A stretch of 64,000 bases of DNA from an uncultured virus (IMG/VR IMGVR_UViG_3300033076_001192) (lineage: Duplodnaviria > Heunggongvirae > Uroviricota > Caudoviricetes): IMG/VR virus record IMGVR_UViG_3300033076_001192; one strand, 5' to 3'. Shown here in pieces: positions 41,896 to 50,865 of this stretch (within the stretch, counting starts at the first letter, position 1; each line of letters opens with the position of its first letter). The position numbers and the translations under genes were made by a program. The notes under the pieces are model-generated. The model saw only the letters and a program-made list of their open reading frames with translations, made no database searches and had not been told where the DNA came from.

Positions 41896-42120
41896 CTCAG
41901 CTTGCGGAACAGTATAGACCGCATTGAAAGTGTTTTTAGTAATACCATAATGAAACATTAATCTAAACCACAAAAAACAATACATTGTGCTTTTTTTATG
42001 TTTCATATTCCAAGTATCAATTCTTTGTGGGAAAACGTAACAAAAATTTACAACGTGAAATGTCACTTGTTTTTTGAAGTTTTTAAATAAAGTTGGTTTT
42101 TCAAAACTAATATTTTTCAT
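41893..42120 (-). CDS. hypothetical protein (cassette 5)
   Basis: ATG at 42120; stop codon lies within the core site. Confidence 0.55.
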   Translation of the reverse strand: MKNISFEKPTLFKNFKKQVTFHVVNFCYVFPQRIDTWNMKHKKSTMYCFLWFRLMFHYGITKNTFNAVYTVPQAE

Positions 42121-42145
42121 AATTTGTGATTTTAAAAAGCCGAAG

Positions 42146-42277
42146 TGATAACAGCGGTTACACAATATTGCCACTTCGGGAGTTATTTAATATTGTTTTT
42201 GTACTTGTTTTGTTAGTTGTTTAATCAAATGTTTTCGCTTACTTTTGGCAACATCGTGTAGCCACGGAACGTTAGTG
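42146..42277 (+). repeat. attC-like site 5 (132 bp)
   Basis: TGATAAC-agcggttacacaatattgcca...tggcaacatcgtgtagccacggaac-GTTAGTG. Confidence 0.8.
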
Positions 42278-42481
42278 GCTATTTTTAGACAACCACCCAT
42301 TTCTTTGTTTCTCATTTTTTACAACAAGATTTTTTCGCTCGTACATTTTTCTGCATTTTTGACAAACAACAGCACCAACAATAACTGGTTGACCATTATC
42401 GTAGTCCATATATTCAATTGAAGATTTATTATCATTATACCATTCAATGCTTATTTCGTGACCACAACTTGCTATTATCAT
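42272..42481 (-). CDS. small Zn-ribbon-like protein (cassette 6)
   Basis: SCGH...CQKC. Confidence 0.6.
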   Translation of the reverse strand: MIIASCGHEISIEWYNDNKSSIEYMDYDNGQPVIVGAVVCQKCRKMYERKNLVVKNEKQRNGWLSKNSH

Positions 42482-42494
42482 AATATAAAACAGC

Positions 42495-42625
42495 CACTAA
42501 CATTATATTGGCAAAAGAAAGGCTGACGTTCTAAAACCAACAGAAGTACACTTATTTAACTTTTGTAATTGACATCGGCAGTAGCACTTCTAATCCCTGC
42601 CTTTGCCAATGATTCAACGTTATAA
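42495..42625 (+). repeat. attC-like site 6 (131 bp)
   Basis: CACTAAC-attatattggcaaaag...ctttgccaatgattcaac-GTTATAA. Confidence 0.72.
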
Positions 42626-42643
42626 GACATTTTAGGACGACCA

Positions 42644-43060
42644 CTACCAATCAGATGGACTTGATGATGAACTATCATAAGAACTTCCTGAATCATAACT
42701 TGACGAATCACTACTACTTGACCAGCTACTGCCACTATCATAAGAACTACTATCATTGTGGCTCGAATGGTGGCTATTGTTATCATAATTAGAATGACTT
42801 AAACCACTATCATAATTAGATGAATTATCGTTGTGGTTTGAATGAATACTACTATTATCGTCATTACTATTTCCTATCCAAAATGGACTTAATGGATTTA
42901 ACGGACTTAAAAGATTTGTAGGACTTAATAAGTCGTTATCATTGTTGTTTTGCGAATTATTACTTGAATAACCGCCACCACTTACACTATTTGAGTAAGT
43001 TCTTTTTTGTTCTTTTTTCGGCTCTTGTTTTTTACCGAATAATCTTTTTAACCAATTCAT
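42644..43060 (-). CDS. Ser/Asn/Asp-rich low-complexity protein (cassette 7)
   Basis: MNWLKRLFGKK...; SSSYDSGSS repeats. Confidence 0.7.
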   Translation of the reverse strand: MNWLKRLFGKKQEPKKEQKRTYSNSVSGGGYSSNNSQNNNDNDLLSPTNLLSPLNPLSPFWIGNSNDDNSSIHSNHNDNSSNYDSGLSHSNYDNNSHHSSHNDSSSYDSGSSWSSSSDSSSYDSGSSYDSSSSSPSDW

Positions 43061-43080
43061 TGTTTTTAAATTAGATAATA

Positions 43081-43126
43081 GTCTTGTATTTAATCGGCAA
43101 CAAGACAAAGCCACAGAACGTTATAG
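43081..43126 (+). repeat. truncated attC-like site 7 (right arm only)
   Basis: ggcaacaagacaaagccacagaac-GTTATAG present; expected left arm TTATAAC absent. Confidence 0.65.
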
Positions 43127-43130
43127 GCAA

Positions 43131-43352
43131 TTATAAATCAGTCCTATATTTAAGCATTGCATCTTTAAAACCTTTGTCATAAGCATTATCCATATCTTTT
43201 TCTAAATAATTGCCTATAACACCAGTTTGTTGCAATTGTAAGGCTTGGTATTCTATCAGTAATGTTTCTAATTCAATGCTTTCTCCATCACAATCAACAA
43301 TGTATTGAGTATCAAATATTCCTTTATGTTTTAAAAATTCTTTAGCATTCAT
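43131..43352 (-). CDS. hypothetical protein (cassette 8), largely encoded inside attC8
   Basis: ORF reads through the attC left arm (LQQTGVIGN). Confidence 0.6.
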   Translation of the reverse strand: MNAKEFLKHKGIFDTQYIVDCDGESIELETLLIEYQALQLQQTGVIGNYLEKDMDNAYDKGFKDAMLKYRTDL

Positions 43353-43416
43353 AATTTTTGTAATGTTTTAGGTTGATTAATCTTTGCAACTGCAACAAGC
43401 TGAGGGAACGTTATGC
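43214..43416 (+). repeat. attC-like site 8 (203 bp, expanded loop)
   Basis: CTATAAC-accagtttgttgcaattgtaa...ttgcaactgcaacaagctgagggaac-GTTATGC. Confidence 0.75.
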
Positions 43417-43428
43417 CTAATGGGAAGT

Positions 43429-43998
43429 TCACGAAGAAACTTCGGCTTTGAATTGTCGTTTCAGTTCCGCTTTAAAAATATTGCAGACATCCTTTGTAGT
43501 ATGTGATACGTAAATTCCTTTTGAAAATTTATCTTTAAATTCATCCCAAATGTGTTGGAAATTGTTGTCGCCAAAATTATAGCCGTGATAATTACAATAC
43601 AGGTTAATTCTACGTTTCAAATAATCTAAGTCACGTTCTTTTTTAGGCACGTATATTATCAATTCTGAAAATTCTTTTCTGAAAAGTTCTATACCTTCAT
43701 CAGAAATAAAATAGTAATTCAAACCTCGTTGTTCTTGCTTAACAGCTAATCCTTTTTCTACCAAGTCATTCAGAGCCGAATCATTTTCAGTTTGGTAATA
43801 GTTTCGGTAAAATTCTTTTGGTAAGGTTTTATCTTTTTTTCGGTGCGACATCATCGCATTATAGAACGGAATACCTAAAGAGTGTGCAATTCTATCCATT
43901 TGAATTTTTGTTAGCGTGTATGGTATATTCGCACTAGGCATAACACTCGTTTGACTCAATGCCTTGTTATCTGCTGTATTCAATTTTCCTTTATCCAT
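43429..43998 (-). CDS. hypothetical protein (cassette 9)
   Basis: HSLG...YRNYY...LVEKGLA; starts inside attC9. Confidence 0.65.
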   Translation of the reverse strand: MDKGKLNTADNKALSQTSVMPSANIPYTLTKIQMDRIAHSLGIPFYNAMMSHRKKDKTLPKEFYRNYYQTENDSALNDLVEKGLAVKQEQRGLNYYFISDEGIELFRKEFSELIIYVPKKERDLDYLKRRINLYCNYHGYNFGDNNFQHIWDEFKDKFSKGIYVSHTTKDVCNIFKAELKRQFKAEVSS

Positions 43999-44067
43999 GA
44001 TGTTTTTTATTAATTTGGAAATTTATCTTTCAAACTCGGCACTAAGCCAAGTGAGGGAACGTTAGAT
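43938..44067 (+). repeat. attC-like site 9 (130 bp)
   Basis: GCATAAC-actcgtttgactcaatgcc...ggcactaagccaagtgagggaac-GTTAGAT. Confidence 0.8.
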
Positions 44068-44073
44068 GTAACG

Positions 44074-44385
44074 CTACGATTCGTACTTCAATTTAAGTTC
44101 CTCGTATTTTTTACGTTCTCTTTCCGCTTTCTTTTGAGCAGCAACTAACTTATTTTGTTCATCTGCAACCCTTATATTGTATTCTGTATCATTTTCTAAT
44201 CTCATGCCCATCACAATCAGTTCTGCTCCATCGTGATAATAATCCATTTTAAAATGTACAGAAGTCCATCCTTCTTTTTCTAACTTATCTTTTTGTTCCA
44301 AAATAAGTTTTGCGGCTTTCTCAAAAGAAGTCATAAACATATCTGTATTGATATTTACTTGACTTAAAATTCGTTTTCTTTCCAT
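44074..44385 (-). CDS. hypothetical protein (cassette 10)
   Basis: RLENDTEY...RERKKYEELKLKYE. Confidence 0.65.
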   Translation of the reverse strand: MERKRILSQVNINTDMFMTSFEKAAKLILEQKDKLEKEGWTSVHFKMDYYHDGAELIVMGMRLENDTEYNIRVADEQNKLVAAQKKAERERKKYEELKLKYES

Positions 44386-44440
44386 ATTTTTTGTTATTAA
44401 TCCACACTGCTAGTAACTCGTTAATAGTTATATTATCAAT

Positions 44441-44984
44441 CTAACGATATAAATTTATTTTAGCATTTCTCTTATCTTCATTAGTAGGTAATTTATTACA
44501 AACTCGATGCTCTGCTGTATAATTACCATCTTTTTCACACCAACCATCATATCTTTGTGATTTTTTATCTTCTTCTCTTTGTCTAAAGAATTTACAATTA
44601 TCACATCTAACTAGATTTAATTGATAAGCCATAATTTTTAATTTATTTCTCTTTATATATTTAGTTTTAATATTACAAACCACTCACTAACTCATCAAAT
44701 CTCTCTTTTGAAACTATAATTTCTTGTCTTAAAATTTTGTTTTCAATAAGTTCAGAAAGTTTTTCTTGTGTTTTAGTTTGCATTACTACAACTTGTTCAA
44801 GTATTTTGTAAATATCTCCACCCTGTAATAAATGTTCAATACAATACCTAAAAACTATATTATTTTGATATAACTCCAACCCATTATCAAATTTAGAAAG
44901 CAGTGCAGTAATACTACTGTTAACATAATCCATATTCAATGTTGAGCTCTGTGATGCAATTGTGTTTTGTTTTGAGTTTTTCAT
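44441..44984 (-). CDS. two small genes (44441-about 44632, CxxC; 44673-44984)
   Basis: ORF track. Confidence 0.55.
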
Positions 44985-45006
44985 AATGTTTAACGGTTTT
45001 CTTCTG

Positions 45007-45038
45007 CAAATATACAAACTATTTTTGAATTGTGCAAA
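45007..45038 (-). promoter_or_regulatory. Bacteroidota-type promoter reading toward the cassette array
   Basis: minus-strand TTTG (45038-45035) and TATATTTG (45014-45007). Confidence 0.65.
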
Positions 45039-45039
45039 T

Positions 45040-45068
45040 AAAAAAGGAGAAATTTTCATTTCTCCTTT
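45040..45068 (-). terminator. intrinsic terminator after the 1915-aa gene
   Basis: aaaggagaaa/tttctccttt hairpin with A-tract (T-tract on minus strand). Confidence 0.7.
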
Positions 45069-45072
45069 AATT

Positions 45073-48000
45073 TTATTCTTCTTCCTTTAGATAGGGATAG
45101 AGTGTCAACGCATTTAAATTCTTATCCTTTTCAAAATTAAAGAATCTAAAGGAGTTTATACTGCCATCTATATCTGCTCCTATATTATTATACTCTCTCC
45201 ATATAGGTAAATGTTTTGCAAGATATCTTTCTCTTTGAGTTTTTCCACCATATCTTCCGTTTTTAACAATATCTGAAGAAAATAAGTCTGGAAGTTGTGT
45301 CACCATCTCAATAGAGTTCAAACCTACAATAGCATTCTCTAAAGTATTATATAAGTTAGAAGGTAATGCCACAGAAGCAGATGCTACTTCATTTGTTGTT
45401 CTAAATAACATTAAAGAACTTAATTTAAATAAATACCCATCTTTGTCTTCATCATCTAACTCTTTCATAGCTAATAATGTAGCTCCTACTAAAAGATTTA
45501 AAACAGAAAAATCAACAGCTACTCTCACTAAGTTTTGTTTAGAAGTTTCATCCCCCGTATTCCATCTCTCTTTAACATATCTTAAAAAATCTTTTGCTTT
45601 ACCGCTTCTGACATCTGATATAACATCTTTTATAACTCTTGGCAATGTTCTCCAAGTTCCTTCTTCATAATGTTTTGAAGCTAAAGATTCGTGTCTGTGT
45701 TTTAAACGTCTTTGTAAAGCTAAAGTTAACCAACTACGGAATATTACAAAGAAATTAAATCCTGAGTGTCTTGCCACTAAAGATTTATCTACATCTGAAA
45801 TTTTTTGGTCAATGTCTTGCAACACAAGTCTCACCTTTGCCCTAATACCTACTGTTCTATCATCTAGAGTTTCTTTTATATAATCTTCTGAAAAATTACC
45901 AAGTGTTTTTATTTTATCTGTGTTCCACTCAAATAATCCATCTTTTGACACCTGCATGACATCAGGTAAAGCTACTAATTTATCCCACTCTTTTCTAATT
46001 TCAGAATTTGTTTTTCCTTTATTAAGTTTTCTAAAATCTCTGTATTCTAAAATATCAAAAGTATTTTCAGAAACTACAAATTTATGATTATATAATACCC
46101 CTATTCCTACTCTTGAAGCAATAGGGAAATCTGCCATTTGGTGCATTGCATAAGCAGATTTCAAAAGCCCTCTTGTTGTTTTAGAGTATGCTGAATTTCT
46201 ATACCTTTCCTCAAAATTAAAAAAGTTAAAATACTCACCATAAACATTCAAAGGGTTTTTAGAACTAATTCCAAGTATTTCACTCATCGCTCCTTTTGAA
46301 TGTTTTAAAAAGAAACTATCTCCTTTTATTTTAGCTTGGCGGTCTAAACGCTCCCCAACTAAAGTTTCTATTCTAGTTTGTACAAGTCCAGTTAATAAAG
46401 ACGTCATAGGAACAGTGATATTAAATGCCATATTTCTAAAAGAAATCCATGTTTTTATATTAGATAATAATACCCCTGTATTTCCCTTTACATTAAGAAT
46501 ATTGAATTCTTGATTTAATCTTTCTTTTACTCCAAAGAAGTTATAGTTTATATTTTCTGCGAATAACTCGTATACAGATGTAGCCTCCCCTTTTATATTT
46601 TTATCAAAAGTAGAATTTGCCAAAACATCTTTTAAAGCTAACATATCTCCTATATTATTGACCCTAGCTTTATAAAGATTAGCTTGTTTATTCATCCACA
46701 AATAAGACTCTAAAATTTCATCTGTGGCTTCTGTTTCTTGAAGTTTTCTCAATCCATGTTTTGGTATAGTAAATACTCCATACCCTCTTGGAGGTATTTT
46801 TCCTTCTATTGTTTGACCTGCATCTAAATCATCTTCTCTGAAATTTGTAAATTCTTCAATAAATCTTTTGATACCTCCCTCTCTTATATTTGCAGAAATC
46901 TCTTTTAATTTTTTAACTCTAGTTTTCTCCATCTGAGGTAAAAGGTATAAATCATGGTCTCCTAAAACCCCTAATGCATCTAAAGATTCTTTATGTAAAT
47001 CTAAAAAAGCTTGTCTGATAGTAAACTCCTCTACATTTGTTTTAGCTTCTTCTACTCCTTCTTTGTATAGTTTTACTAAATCTATTTTATATTTTTTAAG
47101 ATACTCTAAATCTACATATTTATTTAAATAACCTTCGTTGTAAAGCTCTTCTAGTGATTTAGAAGTTAAAACATCTTCTGTTGCTTTTTCTTCAAATACT
47201 CTTAATTGAGGTCTGTATTGTTCTTGATTGAATCTAAATTGAGGGTTGACAAATCTACTTTCTTGAAAATTAAAATTAGGTGTTATTTTTAAATACTCAT
47301 AATTTCCATTATTATAATTAGTTAAGAATTCCTCTGGAGAAATAACTCCTTGTTTCAAATCATTTAATATTTTTTCTACTCCTTTCGGCTGAGATTTTTT
47401 AAAATAAGGCATTACTCTACTATAAGAATACTCTATAAGCTCAGACAATAATGTTGCTTGGAATGTGTTTTCATCCATAGCATCGTATTCCTCTTGGGTT
47501 CTTTTAAATATTTTAGAAGCATAACTTGGAATAGTTGTTTTTTTAGAATCTATAAAATTTATTAAAGAACTTATGTAAGTTTCATCAGCAAAAGTTAAAT
47601 GCTTTCTTGTTGCCTTATATATTTTTCTAAATAATTCTTTATCTGTTAAAAAATTATCTTTTAAATTCTCTATGTTTAATAATCCAGGTCTTCCTACTAA
47701 ATCTGTTAAATAATTATTAAAAGCTTGGTTTGGGATTGTCTCCCCAACTCTTTCTACTTCTTGCTCTGATTTTTTAATATATTGTGACGCTTGTTTGTAT
47801 TGCTCTTGTAAAAGATTTTGATACTGAATTACCTCATTTACTTCATCTTCTGACATATTGTCAAAATTAGTTTCCGCAGGAGAGTTCATAACTCTATTTG
47901 CTTTTAAGATATTGTTAATAATTGACGAATATTTTTGAATATTGTCTATTATTTCTTGTATTTTACTATCTTTTACGCCATCTTTTGAAGCCTCTAATTT

Positions 48001-50820
48001 CTCTATAAAAGTCTCTCCTTCTTTTGGTTTGGTATCTTCATAGTACTCATCCGTAAAACCAACATAAGAATTTAAAGTAAGAAAATCGTAAGCTTCCTCA
48101 GAATCTAAACTTTTAAAAATATCTTCAAAATCTTTAGTGAAGATTCTTTTTTCTTTACCTTCATTTTGAAATTTTTCTAATTTACCATTATCTATCTTAT
48201 TAAGTTCAAAGCATATTATATCTTCTCTATTTGCATTAGGTTTTAACTTTACAAAAATATTACCTATTTTTACAGAATCCTCAGTTTGTTCCGAAACTAG
48301 TTCAAACCCTTCTCTTAATTCTCCGTTATCATAAGCAGACTTTGCGTTTACTCTATCTTTTTTTAAGTCCTCTAAATTCTGTTTTACAGAGGAAGTAAAT
48401 ACAGGTACTTCTTTTCCATTAACAGTTATTCTTTCCGCATCGTTTAGAATCTCTCCATAACGACTAGATTGCACTTTTTCAAATTCTTGTGTTTCTTTTG
48501 AGTATTTCTCTAACTCTTTTCTACGTTCTTCTCTTTCTTGTTTTGTAAGAGTGTTTTCTGCAATATTATCTTGTCTCCAAATTTTTAAAGCGTCTCTCAT
48601 TTCATTGATTCCAAATACTGAAAGTCCAAGAGCACTCTGTTTTTTTAAGTTTTTGAAATCTTCTAAACTTAATTCTTTAGGAGAAAAACCTTCTTCAAAT
48701 AATTCTGTTTTATTTTTTACAAAATTGTTATATAAATTTAATTCTTCTTGTTCTAAAACTTGGTCTATTAAATCCCTGTTGTGGATGTTTTCTAAGTATC
48801 CTTTTTTTACAAATCTTTTAAAATTATCAAATTTATTATTTAACTTAGATAAGAATTTTTTACCTTGAGTTAAACTATTTAAATCTGCTTCTGTAGTCAT
48901 TTTAGAGTTAATATGCGCAGCAACATTTAAATAAGCATTTCTGGCATGAATTAAACTTCCAAATTGTTTAAATAAGAAATTAGTATCTTTTTGAATACCT
49001 TTTAAATTGTCTATTAACCTTTGAGTAGCTTCTTCACTAAGACCTACTTCTTTTGCCGTCTGTGTAGCAACTAAGTCAATAACATTTGACTCTATATTAG
49101 TTACTTTCCCTGATAAACTTACAATCCCATTTAATGTTTTATCTATCTCTTGAATAACTGTTGTTATATCTTTTGATTCTGGGGCTTGCATAGCCATTTC
49201 TTTAACAGAAGATAGTATATCTTTCATCTCGTTTCTTAAAGAAACGTAAACCGCTAATTCTTCAGTGGAAAATGGCATAGTTTTACCATTATTTTTTTGC
49301 AAGGCTCTCTCTAAATATCTTAGTTGTTTTTGAACCATAGCAGTTAAACCAGAAAAAGAATAAATAGCTTCTTGTTCTGTTTGTCTTAATTGCTGTGGTG
49401 TTAACTCTTTAGATAAATAAGAATCTACTTTTTCTATGTTTTCTTTTGTTGTTCTAAGATTTTGACGTTGCTCTAAATCATATTTATTTAATCGCATCAT
49501 TTGAGCTTCACTGTAAGTTATTGCAGTTTTTGCTCTTTGCTGTATTTTTACCAATCTATTAGTAATATCATTATTCAATGAGTACATTGTAAATTTATTA
49601 CCTTCTAATTGCTCCAAATTAAGTTGGTCAACTAATTGATTAGCTAATAAATTATCATACATCTCATTTGATAAAGTATCTAATTCTGTTTGATATTCTT
49701 CTTTGAAATAATTTCTTATAGTGTTTATAAAATCTTGGAAAAATTCTTTTACTTTTTCTAATATTCTAAATTCTGTATCGGAAACAGCTTCTTTATTATA
49801 TCGACCTGTGATAGACTGCATTAATACTTTTCCAAGTATTTCTTTTCTTACTTGCTCTTCGTTATTGTAAATATCAAAATATTTTTTTGCATTAATTTCC
49901 CATTGAGATGTTTTATGAATATTTCTTAATATGTTGTCTAATTTTTCTGTTTTTGGTAGAGATTCTACTACAAAATGCATCACCTCTTCTGTTAAATCTT
50001 CTTGTGTAGCGACTCCATCTTTAAAAGCAACTACCTTATTAGCAATATCTGCTAAAGCTTGAGCAGAAGGTTCTACACCATTCTTTTTTGAAAAATTCTC
50101 GACGTAGTTATCTATGGAGGTGATGCTCACTCCCATTTTACTTAATAAGTTTAATAAAGATTGCTGTAATTCATTTTCAGGTTTAAAAGTAAAACCTTCT
50201 TCAATTATCTTTTTGTCTCCAAATACTTTTATAAGTTTATTATTGTAAACTTCCTCTGCTAGTTTTTTCTCATAAGTGTATTCAGATTCTATATTTAAAT
50301 CTTCTTTCTTATTTAAAATGAAATTTCCGTTATCTAATTGTTTTACTCTTGTTTGCCCTATAGTTCTTACTAGTCTTTCCTCTGCTAATACTGAATTTAT
50401 AAGTTTCATTTTCTGGGTTTTCCCCTCTGTAATGAAAACAACATCTCCGTTAGGTTCTAATATTCTTTCTCCTGTCAAAGCGTCCTCTCTTACTAAAGAA
50501 TTTATAATACCTTCATAGGTATCAATATTAGAATCGGAATTAATAGTAGCTATTACATTTTCTTGAAATATTACATCTATTACTCCAGATTGTGTATCTT
50601 GAATTGCTTCTTTATAGGAATTATAATTATTACCGCTTGCTTTAAAAGACAGTGAACTATTTTCTTCTTTATCGTAAGTATTTTTATATACCTCAATAGC
50701 TTCTTTTAAAGATAATGTAGGTATATTAAGTATTTGTTTAAATAATTTAGAAGGTTTGTTATTCTTATCTAAAACTTTAATAACTTTACCTTCTTTATTT
50801 AATTCTAATTTACAGTTCAT
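45073..50820 (-). CDS. giant putative virion/ejected polyvalent protein (1915 aa) with zincin-like motif
   Basis: TEEVMHFVVE (HExxH-like), coiled-coil rich; last gene in a cluster of giant genes. Confidence 0.6.
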   Translation of the reverse strand: MNCKLELNKEGKVIKVLDKNNKPSKLFKQILNIPTLSLKEAIEVYKNTYDKEENSSLSFKASGNNYNSYKEAIQDTQSGVIDVIFQENVIATINSDSNIDTYEGIINSLVREDALTGERILEPNGDVVFITEGKTQKMKLINSVLAEERLVRTIGQTRVKQLDNGNFILNKKEDLNIESEYTYEKKLAEEVYNNKLIKVFGDKKIIEEGFTFKPENELQQSLLNLLSKMGVSITSIDNYVENFSKKNGVEPSAQALADIANKVVAFKDGVATQEDLTEEVMHFVVESLPKTEKLDNILRNIHKTSQWEINAKKYFDIYNNEEQVRKEILGKVLMQSITGRYNKEAVSDTEFRILEKVKEFFQDFINTIRNYFKEEYQTELDTLSNEMYDNLLANQLVDQLNLEQLEGNKFTMYSLNNDITNRLVKIQQRAKTAITYSEAQMMRLNKYDLEQRQNLRTTKENIEKVDSYLSKELTPQQLRQTEQEAIYSFSGLTAMVQKQLRYLERALQKNNGKTMPFSTEELAVYVSLRNEMKDILSSVKEMAMQAPESKDITTVIQEIDKTLNGIVSLSGKVTNIESNVIDLVATQTAKEVGLSEEATQRLIDNLKGIQKDTNFLFKQFGSLIHARNAYLNVAAHINSKMTTEADLNSLTQGKKFLSKLNNKFDNFKRFVKKGYLENIHNRDLIDQVLEQEELNLYNNFVKNKTELFEEGFSPKELSLEDFKNLKKQSALGLSVFGINEMRDALKIWRQDNIAENTLTKQEREERRKELEKYSKETQEFEKVQSSRYGEILNDAERITVNGKEVPVFTSSVKQNLEDLKKDRVNAKSAYDNGELREGFELVSEQTEDSVKIGNIFVKLKPNANREDIICFELNKIDNGKLEKFQNEGKEKRIFTKDFEDIFKSLDSEEAYDFLTLNSYVGFTDEYYEDTKPKEGETFIEKLEASKDGVKDSKIQEIIDNIQKYSSIINNILKANRVMNSPAETNFDNMSEDEVNEVIQYQNLLQEQYKQASQYIKKSEQEVERVGETIPNQAFNNYLTDLVGRPGLLNIENLKDNFLTDKELFRKIYKATRKHLTFADETYISSLINFIDSKKTTIPSYASKIFKRTQEEYDAMDENTFQATLLSELIEYSYSRVMPYFKKSQPKGVEKILNDLKQGVISPEEFLTNYNNGNYEYLKITPNFNFQESRFVNPQFRFNQEQYRPQLRVFEEKATEDVLTSKSLEELYNEGYLNKYVDLEYLKKYKIDLVKLYKEGVEEAKTNVEEFTIRQAFLDLHKESLDALGVLGDHDLYLLPQMEKTRVKKLKEISANIREGGIKRFIEEFTNFREDDLDAGQTIEGKIPPRGYGVFTIPKHGLRKLQETEATDEILESYLWMNKQANLYKARVNNIGDMLALKDVLANSTFDKNIKGEATSVYELFAENINYNFFGVKERLNQEFNILNVKGNTGVLLSNIKTWISFRNMAFNITVPMTSLLTGLVQTRIETLVGERLDRQAKIKGDSFFLKHSKGAMSEILGISSKNPLNVYGEYFNFFNFEERYRNSAYSKTTRGLLKSAYAMHQMADFPIASRVGIGVLYNHKFVVSENTFDILEYRDFRKLNKGKTNSEIRKEWDKLVALPDVMQVSKDGLFEWNTDKIKTLGNFSEDYIKETLDDRTVGIRAKVRLVLQDIDQKISDVDKSLVARHSGFNFFVIFRSWLTLALQRRLKHRHESLASKHYEEGTWRTLPRVIKDVISDVRSGKAKDFLRYVKERWNTGDETSKQNLVRVAVDFSVLNLLVGATLLAMKELDDEDKDGYLFKLSSLMLFRTTNEVASASVALPSNLYNTLENAIVGLNSIEMVTQLPDLFSSDIVKNGRYGGKTQRERYLAKHLPIWREYNNIGADIDGSINSFRFFNFEKDKNLNALTLYPYLKEEE

Positions 50821-50865
50821 TTAGTTTATTTTTATTTGTGGCGCAATATACAAATTTTATTTTAA

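Larger units (their letters stand above)
39225..44445. mobile_element. integron-like gene cassette array lacking an integrase (CALIN-like): 10 cassettes, 9 attC-like sites
   Basis: recurrent nnnTAACA...(A/C/G)CGTTAnn imperfect hairpins of about 130 bp between genes; cassette ends are complementary. Confidence 0.8.

Noticed and set aside
39829..44067. CRISPR array or simple REP/terminator repeats as an explanation for the recurring sequences
   Set aside because: The units are about 130 bp, divergent in sequence, separated by whole genes, and carry cassette-specific GTT/AAC ends; there are no constant direct repeats with short spacers
32400..45073. Integrase or tyrosine recombinase serving the cassette array
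   Set aside because: No ORF of suitable size with R..HxxR..Y motifs was found here or elsewhere in the window
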